Shown here in pieces: positions 28,427 through 34,521 of a stretch of DNA of 34,522 nt (its first letter is position 1; each line of letters opens with the position of its first letter). The DNA is taken from positions 1-34,522 of IMG/VR virus record IMGVR_UViG_3300037589_000184. One strand, 5' to 3'. The notes beneath the pieces were generated by a model that was not told the DNA's origin, ran no database searches, and saw only the letters and a list, made by a program, of their open reading frames with translations. The stretch is from a virus (lineage: Duplodnaviria; Heunggongvirae; Uroviricota; Caudoviricetes). The position numbers and the translations under genes are program-made.

Positions 28427-28971
28427 AATATCGTCTGTGAAAATTTGATGGTCTCGACAATTACCTGTGCATATCCATCCATATTGTTCTTTATCCTCTC
28501 GACATCCTCTTGGTTCGTACCAAAGAAGGGTTCCAATATAATGGTAGTGGGCCTTCTGTAGTACACTGCACCATATCCCCTTTGGTCCGGTCTGTACAAT
28601 GCCTTTGCACCACGGTTCTTCCCACCTATACAGTCAACATACAGTTCGCAGAACCTTTCTGCAATCTTTGCCCCCCTTTGGTTCTTGAAATAGTAAAGTG
28701 CCTCGCACCCGTTTGCAGACGGGGAGGCGGCATTATAGTGGAGTTCGAGCACCAACTTATAATCCAGTGGGTCCGTTTCCTTTGCACTGGTCCTCACCAT
28801 CTGGGTATAACCATAGTTATAACTGCTGTAATGGTGTACTCCCACATCCACCAGTGCCCTTACATGCTCGGCCACCATATTGTTGAAGTCCCATTCACAG
28901 GGAAGGCCATGTGGTGAACATGCCCCTTTTCTAAGTTCCGTGTGTCCCACGATCAAAGCTGTCTTTATCAT
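28423..28971 (-). CDS. N-acetylmuramoyl-L-alanine amidase (Amidase_3-type endolysin)
   Basis: Zn-ligand and catalytic pattern IVGH...C.EWDFN, LELHYNA, ANGCEALY and ILEPFFGTN; no signal peptide. Confidence 0.9.
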   Translation of the reverse strand: MIKTALIVGHTELRKGACSPHGLPCEWDFNNMVAEHVRALVDVGVHHYSSYNYGYTQMVRTSAKETDPLDYKLVLELHYNAASPSANGCEALYYFKNQRGAKIAERFCELYVDCIGGKNRGAKALYRPDQRGYGAVYYRRPTTIILEPFFGTNQEDVERIKNNMDGYAQVIVETIKFSQTIL

Positions 28972-29270
28972 GATCTTGTCTTTTTTCCAGTGAATATCAA
29001 CACTTCATAGGTACCATCCGAGTACTCTATCTTGAAGTTCTTTGAGATTGTCTGTTCGGCCCCCTGTAGATGGTAGGGCAACCTTCCTACGTTGAAAGTG
29101 ATGTGCAACCTCCCCGTATCCTTGTCATACCTGTAGTTGCTACATCCACATCCCGGGATTATACGGGTAATGGCAGGAATGGAATCCAGTGCCTGAAAGT
29201 AGAATTTTTTCTCTGTACGTTGTGGCACCCTTCCAATGTTGATCTCCACATTTTCCCAATGACTCTTCAT
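28968..29270 (-). CDS. DUF1573-like Ig-fold protein, 100 aa
   Basis: ITRIIPGCGCS motif followed by LHITFN is typical of DUF1573. Confidence 0.6.
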   Translation of the reverse strand: MKSHWENVEINIGRVPQRTEKKFYFQALDSIPAITRIIPGCGCSNYRYDKDTGRLHITFNVGRLPYHLQGAEQTISKNFKIEYSDGTYEVLIFTGKKTRS

Positions 29271-29273
29271 TTT

Positions 29274-29612
29274 CTAAAAATTTAATTGATAATGTTCCTT
29301 ATAGTCCTGCCATTGCCGTTTTTCCATCATCTTTGGATAGCATGGCTTGGGGCAGGCCTTGTTGGCCATCTGTAGGGCAGTGGTCTCACAACCACATATC
29401 TTGCAGGCCCCATCGGCAAGACATTTTGGGTCCATGACGGAGATCCTCCACATTATCTGTTCGACAATGTGCTTCCTCAGCAACCACTTGAAGTTCTTGG
29501 AATAGTATGCCCGATACCTGTACCTGCCCTGCAAAAATGCCCACCAGTTGGCAGGCCGGCATTTGGGGTTGTTCCTACAAGGGAACCTATATTTATCAAG
29601 AATCACCTGCAT
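29274..29612 (-). CDS. Cys-rich (putative Zn-binding) protein, 112 aa
   Basis: CLADGACKICGC...KAC...CYP pattern. Confidence 0.55.
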   Translation of the reverse strand: MQVILDKYRFPCRNNPKCRPANWWAFLQGRYRYRAYYSKNFKWLLRKHIVEQIMWRISVMDPKCLADGACKICGCETTALQMANKACPKPCYPKMMEKRQWQDYKEHYQLNF

Positions 29613-29913
29613 TGTCCAAAAACTCTTTTATCATACTTTCCTTTTTCAAAAACCTTTCGGGGGCATCCTTCTGCTGCTTGTACCTGTCCCGTAACTTCTT
29701 CAACAACATGATGGCCCTCTTGGGGTATACCACAAATGTACCAAAATATTTGAACCTTATGGTAGGAAGATGTCCATTTTCCATTTGCTGCTTGAGATAT
29801 GCCCACGGCCCGGAACAGACCTCCCTGCACCTTTCCCTACCAATATCACCATCCGTGCCCTCGACCTGTTGGGCATAGAATTCGTCCATCAACTGTTGGT
29901 TGGTATACTTCAT
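29596..29913 (-). CDS. HU/IHF-like DNA-binding protein, about 105 aa
   Basis: TIRFKYFGTFVV signature. Start placed at ATG 29913, which overlaps the upstream TGA (ATGA). Confidence 0.65.
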   Translation of the reverse strand: MKYTNQQLMDEFYAQQVEGTDGDIGRERCREVCSGPWAYLKQQMENGHLPTIRFKYFGTFVVYPKRAIMLLKKLRDRYKQQKDAPERFLKKESMIKEFLDNAGDS

Positions 29914-30167
29914 TTCAACTTTTTTCTGTACCCGTTCAACTTCTTCATGTTCTCCTGTAGGGACAGGTCCGTGCACACAACTTCAAAGTCCATTGCATCC
30001 ATTATGATTGGTTTTTGTGTTCTTATCCCTTCCGGAGTCTCCCCAACATAGAGCAATACTCCTTCCTTTCTGAAAAATTTCACAATATCTTCAAATGTCA
30101 GTCCGATTTCCGGATCCGGCAGGCTGTTGATATCGTATATTATCACCGGTTGTTGCTTCATCTCCAT
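29910..30167 (-). CDS. Hypothetical protein, about 85 aa (MEMKQQPVIIYD...)
   Basis: ATG 30167 is preceded by TTTAAAA; the stop is coupled to the HU-like gene. Confidence 0.55.
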   Translation of the reverse strand: MEMKQQPVIIYDINSLPDPEIGLTFEDIVKFFRKEGVLLYVGETPEGIRTQKPIIMDAMDFEVVCTDLSLQENMKKLNGYRKKLK

Positions 30168-30384
30168 CTGTTTTAAATTGTTCAAGATATATCTTTGGTC
30201 CGATGAACCTGTACCTAAGCTTGTTGCAAATGTAGACCTTTGATCCATCGGGGACCATCTCCACATCATGTGCATCCAACCAGTCCAAGACATCCTGTGA
30301 TATCTCTATTTTATGTCGAAAATCTGTTCTTTGGTTCTCGAGGTCATAGTATTCCGACCCCTCTACGGCCAATATGTAAGTCAT
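30091..30384 (-). CDS. Hypothetical protein, 97 aa
   Basis: ATGA coupling to the wHTH gene; the C-terminus overlaps the next gene by 77 nt. Confidence 0.55.
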   Translation of the reverse strand: MTYILAVEGSEYYDLENQRTDFRHKIEISQDVLDWLDAHDVEMVPDGSKVYICNKLRYRFIGPKIYLEQFKTDGDEATTGDNIRYQQPAGSGNRTDI

Positions 30385-30734
30385 TCCATCTCTATTAAGA
30401 ATTGATATCCCTGCCTCTGTGGGTCAGGTACTATGAAAGGGTTTACCTCGAACTGCTTTCCCTTTTTCGAGATATACCCCTTTTCCTCCAAGGCCCTCAA
30501 GTAGTTGCCCAGTCCCCCGGGCTTGAGTCCAAGCTTTGCCATCACCATTTTCCGGCACTGTGTCCCGAACCTGTCCTGATCGGCAATGTCCCCCTTCAAC
30601 GACATGAAGAGTGCGAGCACCTCTATCTCCTTGTTGGTCAACTGTGCAGGCAGGAACTGGTGCACAATATGCAGGTGCTTCTCATAATATCTTTCCGGTG
30701 CAAGTCCCCTCAACACCTTTACAATAGGTCTCAT
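30381..30734 (-). CDS. Winged helix-turn-helix DNA-binding protein (RepL/MarR-like), 117 aa
   Basis: LTNKEIEVLA...RKMVMAKLGLKPGGLGNYLRALEEKGYI is a wHTH pattern. Confidence 0.75.
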   Translation of the reverse strand: MRPIVKVLRGLAPERYYEKHLHIVHQFLPAQLTNKEIEVLALFMSLKGDIADQDRFGTQCRKMVMAKLGLKPGGLGNYLRALEEKGYISKKGKQFEVNPFIVPDPQRQGYQFLIEME

Positions 30735-31057
30735 ATCTCCCTGTGGTTAAAAACTTTTTTCCCTGTTGCAAGCTCGAACAATTTCTTGAAATCCTGATAG
30801 GACATCAACAGGTTCTGTGACCAGTAGTATCCTTCATCGATTGCCGACTTCACATAGACACAGTCCCTCGGCTCCCCGTTGAACCATACCTTGCCGCCCT
30901 TGAAGTCGATCACATTCGACATCTCTATGGTTATATTGGTGATATAATCATTTTCATGGGCAAACGGCACGTGGGCAATTCCCTGTAGCTCTTCCGTGAC
31001 ACCCCTTTGGTAGCTCTCCTCAAGATCTGAATGCACGGTCTCGAACTCCACTATCAT
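30731..31057 (-). CDS. Hypothetical protein, 108 aa
   Basis: ATGA overlaps on both sides. Confidence 0.7.
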   Translation of the reverse strand: MIVEFETVHSDLEESYQRGVTEELQGIAHVPFAHENDYITNITIEMSNVIDFKGGKVWFNGEPRDCVYVKSAIDEGYYWSQNLLMSYQDFKKLFELATGKKVFNHREI

Positions 31058-31287
31058 TTGACCTTCAATTTTATCTGTTTAAAGGTTCCTAACGGATGTC
31101 GGGCCATTATCGACATCACCTTTGCCATGGCCGTTTCCATATTCCCCTGTACATGGAACGTAAAGGTACCGAACACCTTTTCCAATACCAGTTTCCTCTC
31201 TGGTTCGAACCAAACGTAAAATCCCCCTGTTGCTTCATTCCTGTTGGCAGTATCATAGAAGACCATTTCAACATCTATTACATCCAT
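31054..31287 (-). CDS. Hypothetical protein, 77 aa; first gene of the coupled leftward operon
   Basis: Coupled to the next gene and preceded by a -7 box. Confidence 0.65.
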   Translation of the reverse strand: MDVIDVEMVFYDTANRNEATGGFYVWFEPERKLVLEKVFGTFTFHVQGNMETAMAKVMSIMARHPLGTFKQIKLKVK

Positions 31288-31309
31288 CTTATTACATTTT
31301 GAATTGAAA

Positions 31310-31317
31310 CAAAGTTA
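31310..31317 (-). promoter_or_regulatory. -7 element TAACTTTG ahead of the leftward operon
   Basis: Exact TAnnTTTG 22 nt upstream of ATG 31287; no TTG found at the expected -33 distance. Confidence 0.45.
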
Positions 31318-31373
31318 AAAATAAAATGAACACGGAAAAGAAAAAAGAGCTTAAAATTATTTAAGTCCCAATA

Positions 31374-31418
31374 TTAAAAGAAGAAAGGGACACCTTGTCG
31401 CCAGAGAGGATGTCCCTT
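31374..31418 (-). terminator. Intrinsic terminator (leftward)
   Basis: On the minus strand AAGGGACAUC...GGUGUCCCUU hairpin followed by UCUUCUUUU. Confidence 0.7.
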
Positions 31419-31440
31419 ATTGTGTAGTAATAACCATTAA

Positions 31441-31481
31441 TTGAAGAGCTTCAAATATAGACAAAAAACCTATACCAACAA
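31441..31481 (-). promoter_or_regulatory. Promoter TTG-N19-TATATTTG overlapping the palindrome TTGAAG-AG-CTTCAA
   Basis: -7 box at 31459-31452, TTG at 31481-31479; inverted repeat at 31441-31454. Confidence 0.55.
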
Positions 31482-31493
31482 CAGAAAAAGATT

Positions 31494-31772
31494 TTAATCA
31501 CAATTTTTCTCAAGTTTCTCCAATCTCTTGTTCTGTTCCAACCTGTCCCTTTCCCAGTCAGCTCTCAGACCAAGTATCTCCTGCTCGGAAAATTCCCTCA
31601 CTGCCTGTTCCACATGATGTATCTGTTCCTTGTTCTGTTGGCTCACCAACTGTTGGTACCTTGTCTCATCATAAAACTTAGTGGCCCCGAATGTCAGGGT
31701 CACTATGGCCACCACGAATGTAATGGCAGTCCTGTTGGTCAGGATTATCTTCCTATTGTCAGTTGTCTCCAT
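31494..31772 (-). CDS. Small membrane-anchored coiled-coil protein, 92 aa; possible lysis accessory
   Basis: METTDNRK...AITFVVAIVTLTFGA hydrophobic helix followed by a coiled coil. The ORF-track extension to 31916 crosses low-complexity A/T and C tracts and is rejected. Confidence 0.6.
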   Translation of the reverse strand: METTDNRKIILTNRTAITFVVAIVTLTFGATKFYDETRYQQLVSQQNKEQIHHVEQAVREFSEQEILGLRADWERDRLEQNKRLEKLEKNCD

Positions 31773-31861
31773 TGTGCAACAGAAAAAAATTTTTTTAAAA
31801 TTTTCTGGACACCAAGGTAAAAAATTTTTTGGAATTTTTGAGAGTGTGAACCTCCTTGAGA

Positions 31862-31876
31862 CAAACCCCCCACTAA
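31862..31876 (+). promoter_or_regulatory. Copy 1 of a 15-nt motif (CAAACCCCCCACTAA); candidate phage-RNAP promoter
   Basis: 13/15 identical to copy 3; 58 nt upstream of ATG 31935. Confidence 0.4.
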
Positions 31877-31934
31877 TTCCAAGGAAAGGGGATACCCCCC
31901 GTACCTTCAAATCCATAACCTAAAATCCTGCGGC

Positions 31935-32126
31935 ATGAAAACATTAGCTATCATCCTCATCTCCATCTTGGCCTTCTTCTCAGTGACCTACACTGTGTTC
32001 AGGGACACGTTCAGCCTTGCCTTCCTACTGTACTTTGCAGTGTTCAACATCATACTGTTCATCCACTCAGTGGTAGTGCCAGAGGTGAAGAGAATATTGG
32101 GGAAGGCAAACAATACCGGGCAGTAA
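31935..32126 (+). CDS. Small two-TM membrane protein, 63 aa
   Basis: Two hydrophobic helices and a basic tail; preceded by ATAACCTAAAA. Confidence 0.7.
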   Translation: MKTLAIILISILAFFSVTYTVFRDTFSLAFLLYFAVFNIILFIHSVVVPEVKRILGKANNTGQ

Positions 32127-32155
32127 TGTCCGGTAAACTGCTTGGAATACCGCAG

Positions 32156-32172
32156 CTCAAAACCCACACTTA
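32156..32172 (+). promoter_or_regulatory. Copy 2 of the motif (CT-CAAAACCCACACTTA)
   Basis: 31 nt upstream of ATG 32204. Confidence 0.45.
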
Positions 32173-32203
32173 TTACGAGTATTAACCTTAAAATTGTACA
32201 ATT

Positions 32204-32503
32204 ATGAGACTTTCGAACATCAAGGAACAACTTGGGATCCCCGTGTTCAACCTGAACTACTCGACAGACGAGACAGGTGCACGTGCCATTGACAGCACCA
32301 CCAACCAACCCACCAAGTGGATGCGGCACTGGGACAATGACAACCGTGTTGCCGTGAGCATCCACGAGGACACTGTCAAGGCCATCAAGGAAAACCCCGA
32401 GACACCCGACCTTGGATTGCAGACCGAGAAAAGGGAGGGCAGCAAAGGGGAGTACACATCCCACAGGATAGTGAAGTACACACCTGCGGAGATGACACTC
32501 TAA
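32204..32503 (+). CDS. Hypothetical protein, 99 aa, probably highly expressed
   Basis: C-ending codon bias, its own upstream motif and its own terminator; contains WMRHWDNDNRVAVSIH. Confidence 0.8.
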   Translation: MRLSNIKEQLGIPVFNLNYSTDETGARAIDSTTNQPTKWMRHWDNDNRVAVSIHEDTVKAIKENPETPDLGLQTEKREGSKGEYTSHRIVKYTPAEMTL

Positions 32504-32508
32504 CAGAC

Positions 32509-32538
32509 GGGAGGGCAGCAATGCCCTCTCCTTTTGTT
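32509..32538 (+). terminator. Intrinsic terminator with GNRA loop
   Basis: GGGAGGGCA-GCAA-UGCCCUCUC followed by CUUUUGUU, 5 nt after the stop. Confidence 0.85.
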
Positions 32539-32550
32539 CTCTGGCCTCCA

Positions 32551-32567
32551 CTCAAAACCCGCACTAA
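32551..32567 (+). promoter_or_regulatory. Copy 3 of the motif (CT-CAAAACCCGCACTAA)
   Basis: Directly after the terminator; 35 nt upstream of ATG 32603. Confidence 0.45.
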
Positions 32568-32602
32568 GTTCCAGTAGTAATAACCCTAAAACCACCACAG
32601 TG

Positions 32603-32683
32603 ATGAAAAACACGTTCTACATCCTCAGAAACGGTCTCGTGGTCTCCAATCTACAGGATTGGCAGGACTATGACAGAGACTAA
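32603..32683 (+). CDS. Micro-ORF, 26 aa (MKNTFYILRNGLVVSNLQDWQDYDRD)
   Basis: Preceded by motif copy 3 and TAACCCTAAAA; followed by a hairpin. Confidence 0.45.
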   Translation: MKNTFYILRNGLVVSNLQDWQDYDRD

Positions 32684-32687
32684 GACC

Positions 32688-32720
32688 GATGCCTGCTCCC
32701 CACGGCAGGTATCTTCTTTC
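32688..32720 (+). terminator. Hairpin / possible weak terminator
   Basis: GAUGCCUGC-UCCCCACG-GCAGGUAUC followed by UUCUUUC. Confidence 0.45.
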
Positions 32721-32753
32721 AACCATGTAGAGGTTGGGCAAACCTGTAGGGGA

Positions 32754-32909
32754 ATGGACATTGGTTCGGTGATTGCAAGACTTGAGGATGAGATTGCAAG
32801 GAAGACGGTGTACCTGTCACAGCTAAAAGAGCTGAGGGGAAATCAGGTTGGTGAACCGAACAGCAAAGATGACTCGGAATACGGCATTTTAAGGGAAATA
32901 GTGGAATGA
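32754..32909 (+). CDS. Small coiled-coil hypothetical protein, about 51 aa
   Basis: MDIGSVIARLEDEIARKTVYLSQLKELRG; the start is uncertain (ORF track gives 32670). Confidence 0.5.
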   Translation: MDIGSVIARLEDEIARKTVYLSQLKELRGNQVGEPNSKDDSEYGILREIVE

Positions 32910-33011
32910 TGGAGAGTGTCGGTCAGAACCCACACCACCCAAAACACCACTTTTTCTTTTTGCTCTTGACCACATACTATGCATATTAATAGCCGAAACT
33001 TAAAATTGCCC

Positions 33012-33092
33012 ATGTTGGACATATCCAAGATATGGACCATTATCGTAGCCGATAGTGAAACTCTAGTAGATGCAGTACTGTGGGCAATTTAA
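33012..33092 (+). CDS. Micro-ORF, 26 aa (MLDISKIWTIIVADSETLVDAVLWAI)
   Basis: Preceded by AACTTAAAATT; its stop overlaps the upstream motif of the next gene. Confidence 0.4.
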   Translation: MLDISKIWTIIVADSETLVDAVLWAI

Positions 33093-33109
33093 CTTTAAAA
33101 TCACTTGTA

Positions 33110-33718
33110 ATGGACATTATAAGAAAGAAATGTAAAGTAGTTGCCATACCAAAAGAGGATGGCATCTTTATAAATACCAACATTGATCCAAACGGAAAAG
33201 GGCATCTCTATGTTATTTCCGAGGACAGGATAGAAAAAGGGGATTGGTGTCTGTACCTTAACTATGATCCAAAAGTGGATAAGAACCAAATATGGCAGGT
33301 CAAGGGAAGTCTGGCAAATGAACATTTGTTCAGAAAGATAGTGGCCACTACCGACACTTCATTGAAGATTGAGGTAAAGATGGAGCTATATGATAACCAA
33401 GGAATATCATGGGGGGAAGAAAAGAAACTTGTTGGCCTTCCAAGAATCTCTGAGGATTTACTTAACCTGTACAGGAAGGGAAAATATGATGAAATAAGTG
33501 TGAAGTATGTCACCTATTCAAATTCCCAAACCTTTTACACTGTTCCAAAGGTCAATGTGGACAATACACTGGACATGTCGTTGATAAAAAAGAGTTGGGA
33601 CAGAAATGAAGTAAAGGGGCTACTCAATGATTTTGCAGCATCATTGGTAGGTATGGATGCTAGAAGTTCATCTTATCTATTGGGACTGTCAAGTAAATTT
33701 ATTGAAGAGCACCTATAA
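33110..33718 (+). CDS. Hypothetical protein, about 202 aa, of a type seen in Flavobacteriaceae phages
   Basis: HLYVISEDRIEKGDWCL...RKIVATTD.SL motif; ATG 33110 follows TTAACTTTAAAA. Confidence 0.75.
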   Translation: MDIIRKKCKVVAIPKEDGIFINTNIDPNGKGHLYVISEDRIEKGDWCLYLNYDPKVDKNQIWQVKGSLANEHLFRKIVATTDTSLKIEVKMELYDNQGISWGEEKKLVGLPRISEDLLNLYRKGKYDEISVKYVTYSNSQTFYTVPKVNVDNTLDMSLIKKSWDRNEVKGLLNDFAASLVGMDARSSSYLLGLSSKFIEEHL

Positions 33719-33734
33719 ATAAAAACTCCAAAAT

Positions 33735-33944
33735 ATGAAAAGATATTTGGCATTTGCAGGGAACATCTATTACCCAATAGGGGGAATAAGGGATTTTCTT
33801 GGTAGTTCTGATACCATAGAAGAAGCAAAGCAATTGATTGAAGATCGTTTTCAACAAGAGGGGTATGCAAAATCAGAGAGAAAAGAATATTTCTGGTCAC
33901 ATGTATATGACTCTGTTGAAGGTGAAATAATCGAATCAGAATAA
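33735..33944 (+). CDS. Small phage hypothetical protein, 69 aa
   Basis: YLAFAG.IYYP.GG..DF...DTIEEA pattern seen in small phage proteins. Confidence 0.7.
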   Translation: MKRYLAFAGNIYYPIGGIRDFLGSSDTIEEAKQLIEDRFQQEGYAKSERKEYFWSHVYDSVEGEIIESE

Positions 33945-33945
33945 A

Positions 33946-34040
33946 AACTCCCGGGGACACTTAAAGCTGTGGAACGTGAGATGTGAAAATGGACTGAAAA
34001 AGCCTACCCTTATGGGGACTGTCCACACACCTCGGGAGTT
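33946..34040 (+). ncRNA. Candidate structured intergenic RNA of unknown family
   Basis: 11-bp closing stem AACUCCCGGGG/CCUCGGGAGUU with one G-U pair, inner stem UGUGGA/UCCACA, and small hairpins including CCC-UUAU-GGG. Confidence 0.55.
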
Positions 34041-34066
34041 TAATTTTAACCTTTAAATACTAGATT

Positions 34067-34444
34067 ATGGGACATACATTCAAAAAAGCACCAAAGATAA
34101 AAAGACTTAAAAATGGCCAATATCCCATGACAATGGAACAGAGGATAAGAAATGCCATACCACTTATCGGTGGTAGTTTTATGATTGCCACTGTTGCACA
34201 TCATAACATTGGTGATGTCAGTAGGGAATTTATTGATGGTGACATAGACAATCTATGTTATATAACAAAGAAAGATCCAAAGGGAGAGTTCTATGTCGGT
34301 AATTGGATTACGGGCCATGGGCTTATCAATGTAAGGTTTCCAGTGGACACCACGAGGGAACTTACAAATGATGAGGTCAATAAATTTCATGGCAAGAGGT
34401 TGTCAATGGGAGGAATGGCACTTGCACCACTTAAAATAAAATAA
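34067..34444 (+). CDS. Hypothetical protein, 125 aa
   Basis: Preceded by TTAACCTTTAAAT; normal composition. Confidence 0.75.
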   Translation: MGHTFKKAPKIKRLKNGQYPMTMEQRIRNAIPLIGGSFMIATVAHHNIGDVSREFIDGDIDNLCYITKKDPKGEFYVGNWITGHGLINVRFPVDTTRELTNDEVNKFHGKRLSMGGMALAPLKIK

Positions 34445-34446
34445 CC

Positions 34447-34521
34447 ATGGATGTATCAAAAGTAAATAAGTTATTATCCAAATCAGGTGCCTATTATATG
34501 GCAGCAGTTACTTGGAAGGAT
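34447..34521 (+). CDS. 5' fragment of a gene running off the window (MDVSKVNKLLSKSGAYY...)
   Basis: ATG 2 nt after the previous stop; open to the window end. Confidence 0.55.
   Translation, partial: MDVSKVNKLLSKSGAYYMAAVTWKD

Noticed and set aside
30091-30293. Programmed frameshift at TTTAAAA joining two overlapping ORFs
   Set aside because: The heptamer is not in the -1 slippery phase for the upstream gene, and the downstream ORF has its own ATG (30167) with an A-rich start region.
12-31300. Numerous + strand ORFs antisense to structural genes (e.g. 22504-23202, 25107-25835, 26518-27348)
   Set aside because: These are shadow frames of strongly biased minus-strand genes, with Ser/Phe/Leu-rich translations and no start motifs.
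31494-31772. Spanin pair
   Set aside because: The TM plus coiled-coil layout fits an i-spanin, but I found no overlapping or adjacent lipoprotein ORF with a lipobox.
31773-31916. N-terminal extension of the 31494 ORF given in the track
   Set aside because: It translates homopolymer tracts of the regulatory junction; ATG 31772 gives a coherent TM plus coiled-coil protein.
33985-34006. tRNA-Phe-like anticodon loop (GGACUGAAAA) in the structured RNA
   Set aside because: There is no paired anticodon stem, no T-loop and no cloverleaf.
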